From assembly GCA_963759285.1 (NCBI GenBank), contig CAVWYS010000005.1:3522-67521 (forward strand): a DNA stretch of 64,000 nucleotides, in the 5' to 3' direction. Position numbers and translations under genes: made by a program. The stretch's first letter is position 1. Every line of letters begins with the position of its first letter. The DNA is from an uncultured Acidobacteriaceae bacterium (lineage in GTDB: Bacteria; Acidobacteriota; Terriglobia; Terriglobales; Acidobacteriaceae). Of the stretch, positions 47,726 to 57,808 are shown one piece after another. The notes under the pieces are model-generated. The model did not search any database. It was not told where the DNA came from and saw only the letters and a list, made by a program, of their open reading frames with translations.

Positions 47726-48436
47726 ATGCGATACAGCGGCAGGGTTGAGTATGCGGACGCCCGAACGATGCGAACCCGCAACAAGGGATATTACCGGGTG
47801 CTCCACTGGCCCATTTGGATCTGGGTCTTTTTCCTGGCGCCCGGACCGCTCGTCTTCAGCCTTTTCGCGCACGGCTTCAGTGTCGCCAATGGCGCTTGGC
47901 TCGCCCTCGTGCTCCTCGGCACCGGAATCGCCGGCATCTATGGCCAGTTACCCGGAGTCGAGCCCGCCCCCTACATCCTCCGCTTTGACGAAGACCGCCC
48001 CAATCCCCTCTATCGCAAAGTCTGCTACACCTTCGCGTGGAACGCGGCAATCAACTTCGCGCTCCTCAACCTCATCGGCCTCGTCATCGCCGTCGTCACC
48101 GGCGTATGGACCATGAAGCAGCTCTACCAGTACGTCTACTTCCCTCTCGCCATCTTGATCCTGCTGCTCGGTGCACTCGGCAAACTTCCGCGCGTCGGCA
48201 AATCGACAAAGAACGAAGGCATCGAGCGCCGCTACTTTTACGGCACCGTGTGGGCAGTCACCATCTCGCAAACCGTACTGATGGTCCTATGGAAGACTCT
48301 TCCGCTCACGCGCACCGGAAGCCTCATCAAACTTGCCGTTTACGCGGGGATGCTCTTCGCCATGGGCGCAGCGGCATATAACGGCGCTCTTCCCCGCACT
48401 CGGCCGATCCTGCCCGGCGAACTGATGGTTGATTAA
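47726..48436 (+). CDS. Conserved hypothetical membrane protein
   Basis: 236 aa, about 6 TM segments, HWPIWIWVFFLAPGP and PRTRPI motifs, strong coding-like codon usage. Confidence 0.75.
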   Translation: MRYSGRVEYADARTMRTRNKGYYRVLHWPIWIWVFFLAPGPLVFSLFAHGFSVANGAWLALVLLGTGIAGIYGQLPGVEPAPYILRFDEDRPNPLYRKVCYTFAWNAAINFALLNLIGLVIAVVTGVWTMKQLYQYVYFPLAILILLLGALGKLPRVGKSTKNEGIERRYFYGTVWAVTISQTVLMVLWKTLPLTRTGSLIKLAVYAGMLFAMGAAAYNGALPRTRPILPGELMVD

Positions 48437-48509
48437 ATCTCCGGATCAATAGAGTGGCCGGCTAAACTGAACATGCGCCGGCCAACTTCACTCGAATTCA
48501 AACCGTGCG

Positions 48510-48839
48510 CTACTTTTCTGCGACCGGCTTATACCCCGATCCCCCCGCCTTCTTCATCGCTGTAATGCCCTCCTCCACCGAGAGCAATGGAGTCGTCTTC
48601 ACAGCGCTGCAAGAACCACCCGCACTGATCGCCATGGCGAACGCCGCCGCACTCACGTTGTCCGGCATCTCCACCAGCACAACAGTGTCATAATCGCCAA
48701 AAGTCAACCACGCCTCTTTCAACGAACCGCCAAGCTTCGCAACTGCCTTGCCGACAACCGATGCACGGTCATGCGGCTTTTTAATCATCGCCGCCATGGC
48801 TTCTGACGTGTACGCAACCTGCACGAGATAACTGGGCAT
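48510..48839 (-). CDS. GYD domain protein
   Basis: MPSYLVQVAYT, KLGG, LTFGDYDTVVLVEMPD, VKTTPLLS; start ATG 48839. Confidence 0.88.
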   Translation of the reverse strand: MPSYLVQVAYTSEAMAAMIKKPHDRASVVGKAVAKLGGSLKEAWLTFGDYDTVVLVEMPDNVSAAAFAMAISAGGSCSAVKTTPLLSVEEGITAMKKAGGSGYKPVAEK

Positions 48840-48925
48840 TGTCGTTCGCCTTTCATGGAAACTCACACCGGGGAATCCGGCGAGGACGAAGTATACATGC
48901 GAGGCAAGACATCTGGCCCTGTTCT

Positions 48926-49879
48926 TCAATCTCTCCTCGCGGCGCCAGCCACTGCCCTCGCCTCGTCCTCTATCCATTGCCGCAGCAAATCCGGCTCGAC
49001 AACGCGAACCGCTGAACCCAGTCCGAGGACAATAAATCGCGCTTCCCGATCGTTGTCGAAATCAACCTGCAGCATCACTCGTCCGGCCTCTGCAGTCCCA
49101 GCCGCAAGGGATTTCGTAACGCACCACGTCTGCACCCGCCTGGCCGCATCCTCGGTCAGTGAAAGAACCACGCGATAACCGGCTCTCTTGCGATTCAGTT
49201 CTGTAGTGGACGACTTCCAGTGCTCTTGGAGATCGAATCGCGCGGGCCGTTCGAATCCAACCGCCAGCGCCGCCACACGTTTCATCCTCGACACGCGAAA
49301 CGTTCGCATCCCCTTCGCCGTCCGCGCCACAAGGTACCAGGTCAGCCCCTTCGACACCAGGCCCAGCGGGTCGACCGTCCGGCTCGATTGCTCCCCATCG
49401 GCCTTCGTGTAATCAAATGTCAGCTTGCGGTCGCGAGCCACCGCATCCTGCACCGCCGCCAGCATCGACAAATCCTCGCCCGTGTCGCGCCAGCCGGTGG
49501 GATCCACATGTAGCCGCTGCTGCAGGTGCGCCGCTTGCGCCTTCATCGGTTCGGGCATCGCCGCCATCAGCTTGTTCAGCGCGCTTTGCGCCGCTGCCGC
49601 CAGCCTTGCATTGCCCAGCCCACGCGGTTGGGCCATCAGAAGCGCATTGAGTTCCGCTTCATCGAGGCCCGGCACATGCGTGCGCCAGCCTTTTTCCAGT
49701 TGCCATCCCCCCTGTGCGCCGCGAATAGCCGAGACCGGAATTCGCGACGCACTCAGAGATTCAAGATCCCGATGAATCGTCCGCTGCGACACCTCAAGCT
49801 GCTCGGCAAGTTCTCGTTCTGTAACTTGCCCCCGAGCCTGCAGCAACAGCAGCACCGACATCAGTCGATCGGCTTTCAC
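48926..49879 (-). CDS. WYL-domain transcriptional regulator (YafY/YobV type: wHTH + WYL + WCX)
   Basis: KADRLMSVLLLLQARG, LEVSQRTIHRDLESL, GAQGGW, RTVDPLGLVSKGLTWYLVA, RTFRVSRM. Confidence 0.93.
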   Translation of the reverse strand: MKADRLMSVLLLLQARGQVTERELAEQLEVSQRTIHRDLESLSASRIPVSAIRGAQGGWQLEKGWRTHVPGLDEAELNALLMAQPRGLGNARLAAAAQSALNKLMAAMPEPMKAQAAHLQQRLHVDPTGWRDTGEDLSMLAAVQDAVARDRKLTFDYTKADGEQSSRTVDPLGLVSKGLTWYLVARTAKGMRTFRVSRMKRVAALAVGFERPARFDLQEHWKSSTTELNRKRAGYRVVLSLTEDAARRVQTWCVTKSLAAGTAEAGRVMLQVDFDNDREARFIVLGLGSAVRVVEPDLLRQWIEDEARAVAGAARRD

Positions 49880-49921
49880 GTGCACTCACTTTCTTTCAAC
49901 ATTTCTAACTTTCTCAAATCA

Positions 49922-49944
49922 TATATGACACCGGCTGTCATATA
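49922..49944. promoter_or_regulatory. Perfect inverted repeat, candidate WYL-regulator operator
   Basis: TATATGACA-CCGGC-TGTCATATA (9-bp arms, 5-nt spacer) between divergent starts. Confidence 0.7.
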
Positions 49945-49983
49945 ACGTGAGCGATCATCGTTTTATCGATGGAGGTCATCCCG

Positions 49984-50607
49984 ATGAACACCCGCAATGT
50001 TCACCTTTTCGTTTTCGACTCGATGGCAGATTGGGAAGTAGCATTCGCGATCGCCGGAATCAACAATCCTCAATTCCAGCGCACTCCGGTCCGGTATCGC
50101 GTCGTTACGGTCGGAGCGGCCACTCGGCCCGTCACGACCATGGGCGGAGTTCGCATCCTGCCCGATGTCAGCCTGTCCGAGATTGACCCCAATCAAAGCG
50201 CCATGCTCATTCTTCCTGGCGGCGACCAGTGGGAACGGTGTGGCAACGTCGAAGCCATTCAAGTCGCTCGCGCATTCTTCGTCGAAGCCATTCCCCTCGC
50301 AGCCATTTGCGGCGCCTCGCTGGCACTTGCCCGCGCAGGAATGCTCGACGACTTTCACCACACCAGCAACAGCCGCGAATATCTCGCTGCAAGCGGGTAC
50401 CGCGGAGGCAGCTTCTACTGTGACGCACCCGCCGTCACCGACGAGGGCGTCATCACCGCTTCCGGAATTGCCCCGATCGAATTCGCCCGTGAAATCTTCC
50501 GCACGCTCGGACTCTACAGCCGCGAAGCCCTCGACGCGTGGTACGCGCTCTATCGCTTCGGCGATGTCTCCCGTTACTCCGACCTTCTCGACTGCGTCAG
50601 CCAATAA
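49984..50607 (+). CDS. DJ-1/PfpI family protein
   Basis: ADWEVAF, VTTMGGVRILPD, LILPGG, AAICGAS, VITASG..PIEFA. Confidence 0.9.
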   Translation: MNTRNVHLFVFDSMADWEVAFAIAGINNPQFQRTPVRYRVVTVGAATRPVTTMGGVRILPDVSLSEIDPNQSAMLILPGGDQWERCGNVEAIQVARAFFVEAIPLAAICGASLALARAGMLDDFHHTSNSREYLAASGYRGGSFYCDAPAVTDEGVITASGIAPIEFAREIFRTLGLYSREALDAWYALYRFGDVSRYSDLLDCVSQ

Positions 50608-50721
50608 CTCGTCAGCAAACACCAACCCGGCACCGAAGAAAACTGGAATGTACATCGCCGCATTTCCCTGAAGACGGCGTCTCAAAATCCACCCGCCTCA
50701 CCTGCTAAACTCTGTTTCGTC

Positions 50722-51366
50722 ATGCTCCTTGCAGTTCTCTTGATTGTGGCCCTCGCTTACCTGCTGGGTTCGGTGCCAACCGGATACCTGCTCGTCAAGC
50801 TTTTTCGCCATGAGGACATACGTTCGGTCGGCAGCGGCAACATCGGCGCCACCAATGTGCTCCGTTCGGGCGGCAAGGGCCTCGGCGCTGCCACTTTTCT
50901 GCTGGACACTCTCAAAGGCGCCGCTGCGGTCTGGCTCGGTGCCTTGGTGGCATCCGTCCTGCTGTCCTCCATGCCCTTTCGCGACGCACAGGCCATTGCA
51001 GCGGTTGCTGCCGTTCTCGGCCACATGTTCCCCGTGTGGCTTAAGTTCCGTGGCGGGAAAGGTGTCGCAACGGGGTTCGGTGTCTTCCTCGTCGCCGCTC
51101 CGCTTGCAGCCCTGGCAGCCATCGGCCTGTTCGCAATTGTCCTGATCCTCACTCGCTATGTATCGCTCGCCTCGATCCTGGGCGCCGGCAGCTTCCCCGT
51201 CTTTGCCTGGTTCCTCGTTCGCGGGGACAGGCCTGCACCCTATATCGCTGCACAAGTCATCGTCGCTTCCCTCATCATCCTCAAGCACCACCAGAACATT
51301 CGCCGCCTCGCCGCCGGAACAGAAAGCAGATTTGGCGCGCACACGCACGAGAGGAAAACCGCATGA
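50722..51366 (+). CDS. plsY: Glycerol-3-phosphate acyltransferase PlsY
   Basis: YLLGSVPTG, GSGNIGATNVLR, LDTLKG, LGHMFPVWLKFRGGKGVAT, KHHQNIRRL. Confidence 0.96.
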   Translation: MLLAVLLIVALAYLLGSVPTGYLLVKLFRHEDIRSVGSGNIGATNVLRSGGKGLGAATFLLDTLKGAAAVWLGALVASVLLSSMPFRDAQAIAAVAAVLGHMFPVWLKFRGGKGVATGFGVFLVAAPLAALAAIGLFAIVLILTRYVSLASILGAGSFPVFAWFLVRGDRPAPYIAAQVIVASLIILKHHQNIRRLAAGTESRFGAHTHERKTA

Positions 51367-52370
51367 GCCGGATTGTTGTCCTTGGCGCCGGCGCTTGGGG
51401 AACCGCCATCGCTCTGTCGCTCTCCCGTCGCGGCGGTCACGAAACCATCCTCTGGGCGCACAACGCTGAAGAGGCGCAGGTCATCAACAACGCTCGTGAA
51501 AATACATTATTTCTACCGGGATTCCCGCTGCCCGCCGATCTGGTCGTCACCGCGGAATTGGCGCCGATCGAATCCGCCGACATCGTTGTCTCGGTCATTC
51601 CTTCCGAATTTCTCCGGTCCACCTTGCTCCGCATCAAGACGCACCTGCGCAGCGGGCAATTCGTCGTTAGCGCCACCAAAGGCATCGAAAAAGAAACCCA
51701 CCTTCGCATGACCGAGGTGATTTCGCAAACCCTCGAGTCTGCCGGACTGCTGCTCTCCATCGGCGCATTCTCGGGCCCGAGTTTTGCCATCGAAGTCGCC
51801 CAGGCTCAACCCACCGCCGTCACCATCGCCTTCAGCGATCCGCAGATCTCCACGCTCATCCAGCAGGAGTTCTCCTCCGAAACGCTTCGGCTCTACACTT
51901 CAACCGACGTCATCGGCGTCGAATTGGGCGGCGCGCTCAAAAATGTAATCGCAATCGCCGCGGGCATCGCTGCAGGCGTAGGGTTGGGCCACAACTCGAC
52001 GGCCGCCCTTATCACCCGCGGCATCGCCGAAATCACGCGTCTCGCCGTGGCCTGTGGCGGCCAGCGCGAAACTCTAGCCGGCCTCAGTGGCGTCGGTGAC
52101 CTTGTGCTCACTTGTACAGGCTCACTCTCGCGCAACCGCACTGTCGGTCAGGCACTCGGACAGGGCCGCAAGCTTCCCGAAATTCTTGAAAGCCTTGGCG
52201 GCAAAGTCGCTGAAGGTGTGCTCACCACGCGCGCCGCCCTGGGCCTGGCACGCGAACACGATATCGAGATGCCCATCACTGAGCAGATGGAGTTGATCCT
52301 CGAAAGAGGGAAAGACCCGCGCGAGGCAATTCGCGAACTCATGCTCCGCCCCGGCAAAGGCGAACACTAG
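51363..52370 (+). CDS. gpsA: NAD(P)H-dependent glycerol-3-phosphate dehydrogenase
   Basis: LGAGAWGTAIA, ATKGIE, SGPSFAIEV, GVELGGALKNVIAIAAG, LSGVGDLVLTC..SLSRNR, VAEG. Confidence 0.96.
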   Translation: MSRIVVLGAGAWGTAIALSLSRRGGHETILWAHNAEEAQVINNARENTLFLPGFPLPADLVVTAELAPIESADIVVSVIPSEFLRSTLLRIKTHLRSGQFVVSATKGIEKETHLRMTEVISQTLESAGLLLSIGAFSGPSFAIEVAQAQPTAVTIAFSDPQISTLIQQEFSSETLRLYTSTDVIGVELGGALKNVIAIAAGIAAGVGLGHNSTAALITRGIAEITRLAVACGGQRETLAGLSGVGDLVLTCTGSLSRNRTVGQALGQGRKLPEILESLGGKVAEGVLTTRAALGLAREHDIEMPITEQMELILERGKDPREAIRELMLRPGKGEH

Positions 52371-52388
52371 ACTTCATGCAATGATTCG

Positions 52389-52451
52389 GAGGGAGCAGTG
52401 GCCTTCAGGCCACTGGATACCAACAATTAAGTTTCTGGCATTTAGGCCCGG
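52389..52451. repeat. Twin-hairpin REP-like element (family T)
   Basis: GAGGGAG-CAGTGGCC-TTCA-GGCCACTG (perfect 8 bp) ... GGCA-TTTA-GGCCCGG; same 5' flank as 8731. Confidence 0.75.
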
Positions 52452-52473
52452 TTTCTAGTTCCCGACTCAAGCT

Positions 52474-52515
52474 TGAGTGCCCCCGATCCCTCTTGGGGAC
52501 CGCGGATACGAGTCA
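52474..52515. repeat. Degenerate REP-P-like element
   Basis: GAGTGCCCCCGATCCCTCTTGGGGACCGCGGATACGA resembles the GGTGCCCC...GGGA.ACGA element at 16910. Confidence 0.4.
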
Positions 52516-52522
52516 GGGACGA

Positions 52523-52852
52523 TCAGCCCCCCGCAATCGCTCCAATAATCAGCAGCGGCTCCTTGCCTTCAGCCACCGCCCCGGGCAGGGCCAAATCAGG
52601 CGACTGATGCGATAGATCTTCCTCGCACGCAAAGAACCGCAGAAACGGCCGCCTCTTGAGCGTGTCGTGATCGCGAATGGTTCCGCAAAGCATGGGATAA
52701 CGAGCCTCCAGCGCATCCAGCACCGAACGCAGCGTGACAGGCGCCGCAACCTCCAGCGTGATTACGCCATCGACGCGCGCAAGATTCCGCAGATGATACG
52801 GAATCTCTACGCGCACCGTGCTCGTCTTACCGCTCGCTCCAGATTCACCCAT
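52523..52852 (-). CDS. MoaD/ThiS family ubiquitin-like protein
   Basis: [35 protein letters not shown]-terminal GAIAGG di-glycine. Confidence 0.9.
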   Translation of the reverse strand: MGESGASGKTSTVRVEIPYHLRNLARVDGVITLEVAAPVTLRSVLDALEARYPMLCGTIRDHDTLKRRPFLRFFACEEDLSHQSPDLALPGAVAEGKEPLLIIGAIAGG

Positions 52853-52918
52853 ACCGATTAAATAGCGCTATCCTAACTGTTCTCTGTTCACTGTCCACTG
52901 ATCACTGTCCACTTGCCC

Positions 52919-54100
52919 TTACGCCAATGTCTGCACTTCAACCGACAGCACCGCCGGCAGATCGTGCACAATCGCGTTCCACGAGTCGCCGCCATCCGGC
53001 GACACATACACCTGTCCGCCCGTGGTGCCGAAGTACACGCCGCACGTATCCAGCTTGTCCACAGCCATCGCGTCGCGCAGCACATTCACGTAGCAATCTT
53101 TCTCCGGAAGCCCTTTGGCAAGTTCCTCCCACTCGTTGCCGCCGGTTTTGCTGCGATACACGCGAAGTTTCCCATCGAGCGGAAAATGCTCCGAGTCGCT
53201 CTTGATCGGCACCACGTAAACCGTCTCCGGCTCATTCGAATTGATGTCAATCACAAATCCGAAATCGGTCGGCAGGTTGCCGCTGATCTTCGTCCAGTTA
53301 TCGCCCGCATCGTCTGAACGCATTACGTCCCAGTGCTTCTGCATGAAAAGCGTTCCGGGCCGTGCGGGATTCATCGCGATGTGATGAACGCAGTGCCCGA
53401 CGTCTGCCATCGGATTAGGAATGTACTTCGAATACAGTCCCTTATTGATCGGCTTCCACGAATTACCGCCATCATCGGTGCGAAACGCCCCCGCCGCCGA
53501 AATAGCAATGTATATCCGTTCGGCATTGCTCGGGTCGAGGATGATCGAATGCAGACACATCCCACCCGCGCCCGGCTGCCAGTCAGGGCCGGTGCCATGT
53601 CCGCGCAGCCCCGGCATTTCGTGCCAACTCTCCCCGCCGTCGATCGAACGGAAAATGGCCGCGTCTTCCACGCCCGCGTATACCGTCTTCGCGTCCGTAA
53701 GCGAAGGCTCCACATGCCACACCCGCTTGAACTCCCATGGCTTCTGCGTGCCGTCGTACCACTGGTGCGTTGTCAGCGGCTTGCCGGTTGCGTCCGAAGA
53801 GTCGTACACGAAGCGATTGCTTTTCACGGGCGGCCACTGCGGTGGACCTTCTTGCGGCTTCACGCCAGGCTGAAACCACGTCTTGCCCCCATCCGTCGAT
53901 GCCTGAAATAGCTGGCCAAACCATCCGCTAGTCTGCGAAACGTAGATGCGTTCCGGATCCACTGGCGAGCCCTTCATGTGGTAGATCTCCCACCCCGCAA
54001 AGAAGGGTCCGTTGACGTCCCATTTGTCTCGCTTTCCGTCCGACGAAAGAATAAAAGCGCCTTTCTTCGTACCAACCAATACACGAACCTGACTCATCAT
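52919..54100 (-). CDS. BNR/Asp-box repeat beta-propeller (sialidase-like fold, function unknown)
   Basis: [10 protein letters not shown]; Asp-boxes [48 protein letters not shown]; no signal peptide. Confidence 0.85.
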   Translation of the reverse strand: MMSQVRVLVGTKKGAFILSSDGKRDKWDVNGPFFAGWEIYHMKGSPVDPERIYVSQTSGWFGQLFQASTDGGKTWFQPGVKPQEGPPQWPPVKSNRFVYDSSDATGKPLTTHQWYDGTQKPWEFKRVWHVEPSLTDAKTVYAGVEDAAIFRSIDGGESWHEMPGLRGHGTGPDWQPGAGGMCLHSIILDPSNAERIYIAISAAGAFRTDDGGNSWKPINKGLYSKYIPNPMADVGHCVHHIAMNPARPGTLFMQKHWDVMRSDDAGDNWTKISGNLPTDFGFVIDINSNEPETVYVVPIKSDSEHFPLDGKLRVYRSKTGGNEWEELAKGLPEKDCYVNVLRDAMAVDKLDTCGVYFGTTGGQVYVSPDGGDSWNAIVHDLPAVLSVEVQTLA

Positions 54101-54238
54101 TTTCCTCCCCCGCGCGTTAAACATCTGGGAATCCGCGGGCCGCTTCGAGATTCTTCCTCAATCACGCACGTCAGTTCAAGTCAAAACTGTGCAAATGTTT
54201 TGAGCCGGTCGATCTTCGAGAGGAAGCGGCAAGCTGAA

Positions 54239-56458
54239 TCAGGGTTGCCAAGTGACGTTGATACCACCCACTCCAATGACCGGGATCGCATACGCGTGGT
54301 TCATCCCACCTTCCCAGGTTAACGATCCATTCGCCTGCAGAATAAAAAATTTGAATTCCGCCCTCACCCCCGCCGGAACTGAGACCGTAAGGAGCGCATT
54401 GCCACCAGACGGAATCACCGCCGGCCCATCGGCACCATCCCACGTCGTCGACCAGTTGCCCAGTTCAGTCACGCTGCCCGTGAGCATCACCGCATCTCCG
54501 GCGCCGAGCGCAGGTACACCGGTCACGAAGAAATTGACGGGGACAAGCTTCCCCGTGCTCACAATGAAAGGAGCCCGATTGGAAGCCGATACACCTCGAC
54601 CGACGATCACCTCAACCGGTCCCGCTCGGACGGATGGTACGTCCGCAGTGATCACGCCATCGGCCCAATTCGCCACTTTCGCGGGCACCTTCAGGCCGCC
54701 CGCCACAAAGGTCACACGTCCTGCCGCGCTTCCAAACCCCATCCCCGCGATCGTCACCGGTGCACCCGCATTCGCCACGCGCGGTGTAATGCTCCCGATC
54801 GCCGGCCCGGTCCCGCCTGCCGCGACCCAGATCGACACGCTTCGATGCGGTAGCGTGAAATTCGCTGTGGCGTCGTTCTCTCCCCCTGTCCCGGTCACCG
54901 TAAGCCCGAGCCCACCCAGCGTTCCCTTCAGGTAGTCGTTAAACTTCCCCGGCGCGAGCGAAGTCAGCAGACCGCTGATCTCCTGGTCATTCGTCTCGCT
55001 CTTGTTGATGGCCACCAGCACCACATTCCCGCCCAGCCTGCGCTCGTAGATGTACACATCGTCGTTGATCCAGCGTTGTTGCATCGTTCCATAGGCGATC
55101 GCAGGATTTGATGCCCGCAGCGCCGCCAGGTACCGGATCAGCGTCACCGCATCCGTCGTCCCGAAGCTTGTCATCGCGTTGCGATCGTAGGGATCGTTAC
55201 CGCCGCCGGTATCGTTGTGCAGATACTGCTCGTCGCCGTAATACACCACCGGCACACCCCTGCACGTGAAAATAAAGCTCAACGCAAGCTTCACCGCCAT
55301 TGCATCCGAGCCCATCGACTGGATCCGTGGATTGTCATGGTTGTCAAAAAATGTAACCAGGTCGTTCGGCTGCGCGAAACCCTCAGCACTCGCATTGCCA
55401 AGCCGCTCAAGATTCAATTCATCGTCAATCTCTTTGAAGCTTTTACCTTTCGCAAACACATCCACAATCGGCCCATACAGCGGATAGTCCAGCAGGTTCA
55501 TTCCGCTGCGATTCGAGAACTTCACCGAATCCGCATACAACGGATCGCCCGACCCCTCCAGCCACTCGCCAAATACAAACGGCCGTACCATTGCAGTCGG
55601 AAGCGTATCCGCACCGCTCCAGTTTGCAATCGAATTCTCCAGGCTATATTCCCATCCCCAGTTCACGTGCTTCACCGCATCGAACCGAAACCCATCCGCT
55701 CCGTGCGCCAGCAACTGCGCAACCGCCGCCTTGATGTATTTATCCACCCATGGATTTGTCTGATCCAGATCGGCCAACCCAAACAACGTGTCGTACTGCA
55801 ACTGGTACCGATCTTCGAAATCCGTCATGTTTGGCGTGTGATGGTAGTACGGAGTGGCCCCCGTGTCGCTCGAATAGTCCGTCACCTTCGCTCCGTTGTT
55901 GTAGAGTGCGCCATTCTCGCCTACACCAATGTCATTGGTATGGTTCGCAACAAAATCAACAATCACTTTGATCCCATTCGCGTGCGCCGTCGCCGTCAGC
56001 TCGTCGAACGCCTCCCAACTATTCGCCGCATCCCCAAAGTGTTCTTCGATCCGCATCATGTCGCGCGGCCAATATCCGTGATATCCAGAAGCCCCTCCGC
56101 CGTCCGGCTTGTTCGCATTATCGATCGGCGGAGAAATCCATATCGCCGCCACGCCCATCGATTTCAGATACGCCATCTTCCGCGTAATGCCCGCCAGATC
56201 GCCTCCCCAGTAGTCGCGCCAGTTCGTCGGCTTCGCAAATCCATGGGCATCGAACTCCCCCGCACTCTGCGGTGGATTATCGTTATTCGCATCCCCGTTA
56301 AAGAACCGGTCCGTCACAATCTGGTAAATAAATCCCTGGTGAATGTCATGCACCGTCGGAATTGGCGGCGCTCCGGGCGGATTCTGCGCAATCACCCGCG
56401 ATGTCGATGCGATCAAAAGGATGACGGCAATCAGACCGGCGCTTTTCATCTTCAGCAT
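54239..56458 (-). CDS. Exported GH13 enzyme with CGTase/maltogenic-amylase architecture (catalytic + C + TIG + CBM20)
   Basis: IYQIVTDRF, WGGDLAGI, YHGYW, FRFDAVKH, FGEW, FFDNHD; TIG-like VTIAGMGFG; CBM20-like TGSVTELGNW...EFKF...TWEGG.NH. Confidence 0.88.
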   Translation of the reverse strand: MLKMKSAGLIAVILLIASTSRVIAQNPPGAPPIPTVHDIHQGFIYQIVTDRFFNGDANNDNPPQSAGEFDAHGFAKPTNWRDYWGGDLAGITRKMAYLKSMGVAAIWISPPIDNANKPDGGGASGYHGYWPRDMMRIEEHFGDAANSWEAFDELTATAHANGIKVIVDFVANHTNDIGVGENGALYNNGAKVTDYSSDTGATPYYHHTPNMTDFEDRYQLQYDTLFGLADLDQTNPWVDKYIKAAVAQLLAHGADGFRFDAVKHVNWGWEYSLENSIANWSGADTLPTAMVRPFVFGEWLEGSGDPLYADSVKFSNRSGMNLLDYPLYGPIVDVFAKGKSFKEIDDELNLERLGNASAEGFAQPNDLVTFFDNHDNPRIQSMGSDAMAVKLALSFIFTCRGVPVVYYGDEQYLHNDTGGGNDPYDRNAMTSFGTTDAVTLIRYLAALRASNPAIAYGTMQQRWINDDVYIYERRLGGNVVLVAINKSETNDQEISGLLTSLAPGKFNDYLKGTLGGLGLTVTGTGGENDATANFTLPHRSVSIWVAAGGTGPAIGSITPRVANAGAPVTIAGMGFGSAAGRVTFVAGGLKVPAKVANWADGVITADVPSVRAGPVEVIVGRGVSASNRAPFIVSTGKLVPVNFFVTGVPALGAGDAVMLTGSVTELGNWSTTWDGADGPAVIPSGGNALLTVSVPAGVRAEFKFFILQANGSLTWEGGMNHAYAIPVIGVGGINVTWQP

Positions 56459-56618
56459 GGATCTCTCCTGGACCAGCAGAACCGCACCCCTGAGTCCCCC
56501 AACATCCTAGTGCACAACGCCATGAGCGCACGCATCGCCGCGAACACATGCCCTCTCTCCGTGCCCCATTCGCTCCAAACTCCGCAATGCTCTAGACTCA
56601 AGACTGGAACCCTACGCG

Positions 56619-57623
56619 ATGATTACGCTATTTACCGGCTACGACGAAGAACCGAAAGACAAAAAGAAAGAGCAGGAAGGCCAGGCCGCCGAAGAGGAGT
56701 CGCCTCAGAAGTCGGGATTCTTCTCGCGCATGCGCCAAGCCGTTGCGCGTACCCGCGAGACGTTTTCGACCCGCATCAACGACATCGTTGCCCTTGCCCG
56801 CGATGTCGACGAGTCCTCTCTCGAGGAGCTTGAGACCGCGCTGATCATGAGCGACATCGGCGTCCAGACCACCAACGAAATCATCCAGGCTCTCCGCGAG
56901 CGCGCCCGCAAACAGGCTATCGCCGGCGGCGAAGAACTCCGCGACTTGCTGAAAGCGCAACTCCGCGGAATTCTCGAAGCCCCGATGCGGCCCGTCATCA
57001 CACCCGCCACTCCGCCCAAAGTCAGCTTCCTCGTCGGCGTCAACGGAACCGGCAAAACCACCACCAGCGGCAAGCTCGCCGCATGGTATCGCGCGCAGCA
57101 GAAATCCGTCCTCCTCTGTGCCGCCGATACCTTCCGCGCCGCGGCTATCGAACAGCTCGAAGTCTGGGCTGGGCGCAGCGGCGTCGAAATGATCAAGACC
57201 CGCCAGGGAGGCGACCCCGCCGCCGTGCTTTACGACGCAGCCAGCGCCGCCAAAACCCGCAACATCGACGAACTCATCGTTGACACCGCCGGACGCCTCC
57301 ACACCAAGTCCGGCCTCATGGACGAACTCGACAAGATGCGCCGCACCGCTTCGAAGCTCGTCCCTGGCGCTCCCCACGAAGTCCTCCTCGTCATGGATGC
57401 CACCACCGGCCAGAACGGCCTTCAGCAGGCGCGCCAGTTCACGCAGTCAGCCGGAGCCACCGGAATCGTCCTCACCAAGCTCGACGGCACCGCAAAAGGC
57501 GGCATCGCCGTAGCCATCGCCCGCGAACTCAATCTCCCAGTAAGATTCGTAGGCGTCGGTGAGCAGATGGGCGACCTGCTCGAATTCTCCCCCGAAGCCT
57601 TCGTAGACGCGCTTCTGGGTTAG
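56619..57623 (+). CDS. ftsY: Signal recognition particle receptor FtsY
   Basis: GVNGTGKTTT, ADTFRAAAIEQL, DTAGRLHTK, DATTGQNG, TKLDGTAKGG, GVGEQMGDL. Confidence 0.97.
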   Translation: MITLFTGYDEEPKDKKKEQEGQAAEEESPQKSGFFSRMRQAVARTRETFSTRINDIVALARDVDESSLEELETALIMSDIGVQTTNEIIQALRERARKQAIAGGEELRDLLKAQLRGILEAPMRPVITPATPPKVSFLVGVNGTGKTTTSGKLAAWYRAQQKSVLLCAADTFRAAAIEQLEVWAGRSGVEMIKTRQGGDPAAVLYDAASAAKTRNIDELIVDTAGRLHTKSGLMDELDKMRRTASKLVPGAPHEVLLVMDATTGQNGLQQARQFTQSAGATGIVLTKLDGTAKGGIAVAIARELNLPVRFVGVGEQMGDLLEFSPEAFVDALLG

Positions 57624-57659
57624 TAATCGCACGAAATACACACTTCCACAATTCGCGGG

Positions 57660-57723
57660 TGTCATCCTGAGCGCACGGGGCCCCAAGCGCACTTCAGCTT
57701 GGGGGTGGTAACCGAAGGATCTG
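57660..57723 (+). repeat. REP-G with a nested CCCC..GGGG hairpin module
   Basis: TGTCATCCTGAGCGCA-CGGGG-CCCCAAGC-GCACTTCA-GCTTGGGG-GTGG-TAACCGAAGGATCTG. Confidence 0.85.
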
Positions 57724-57808
57724 TTTCTCCCCCGAAGCCTTCTCAACGCGCTGCTGGGATAGGATCGGGGACCCGAATTGTTAGAATCGCGCTCGGGAAG
57801 GTGATGCA

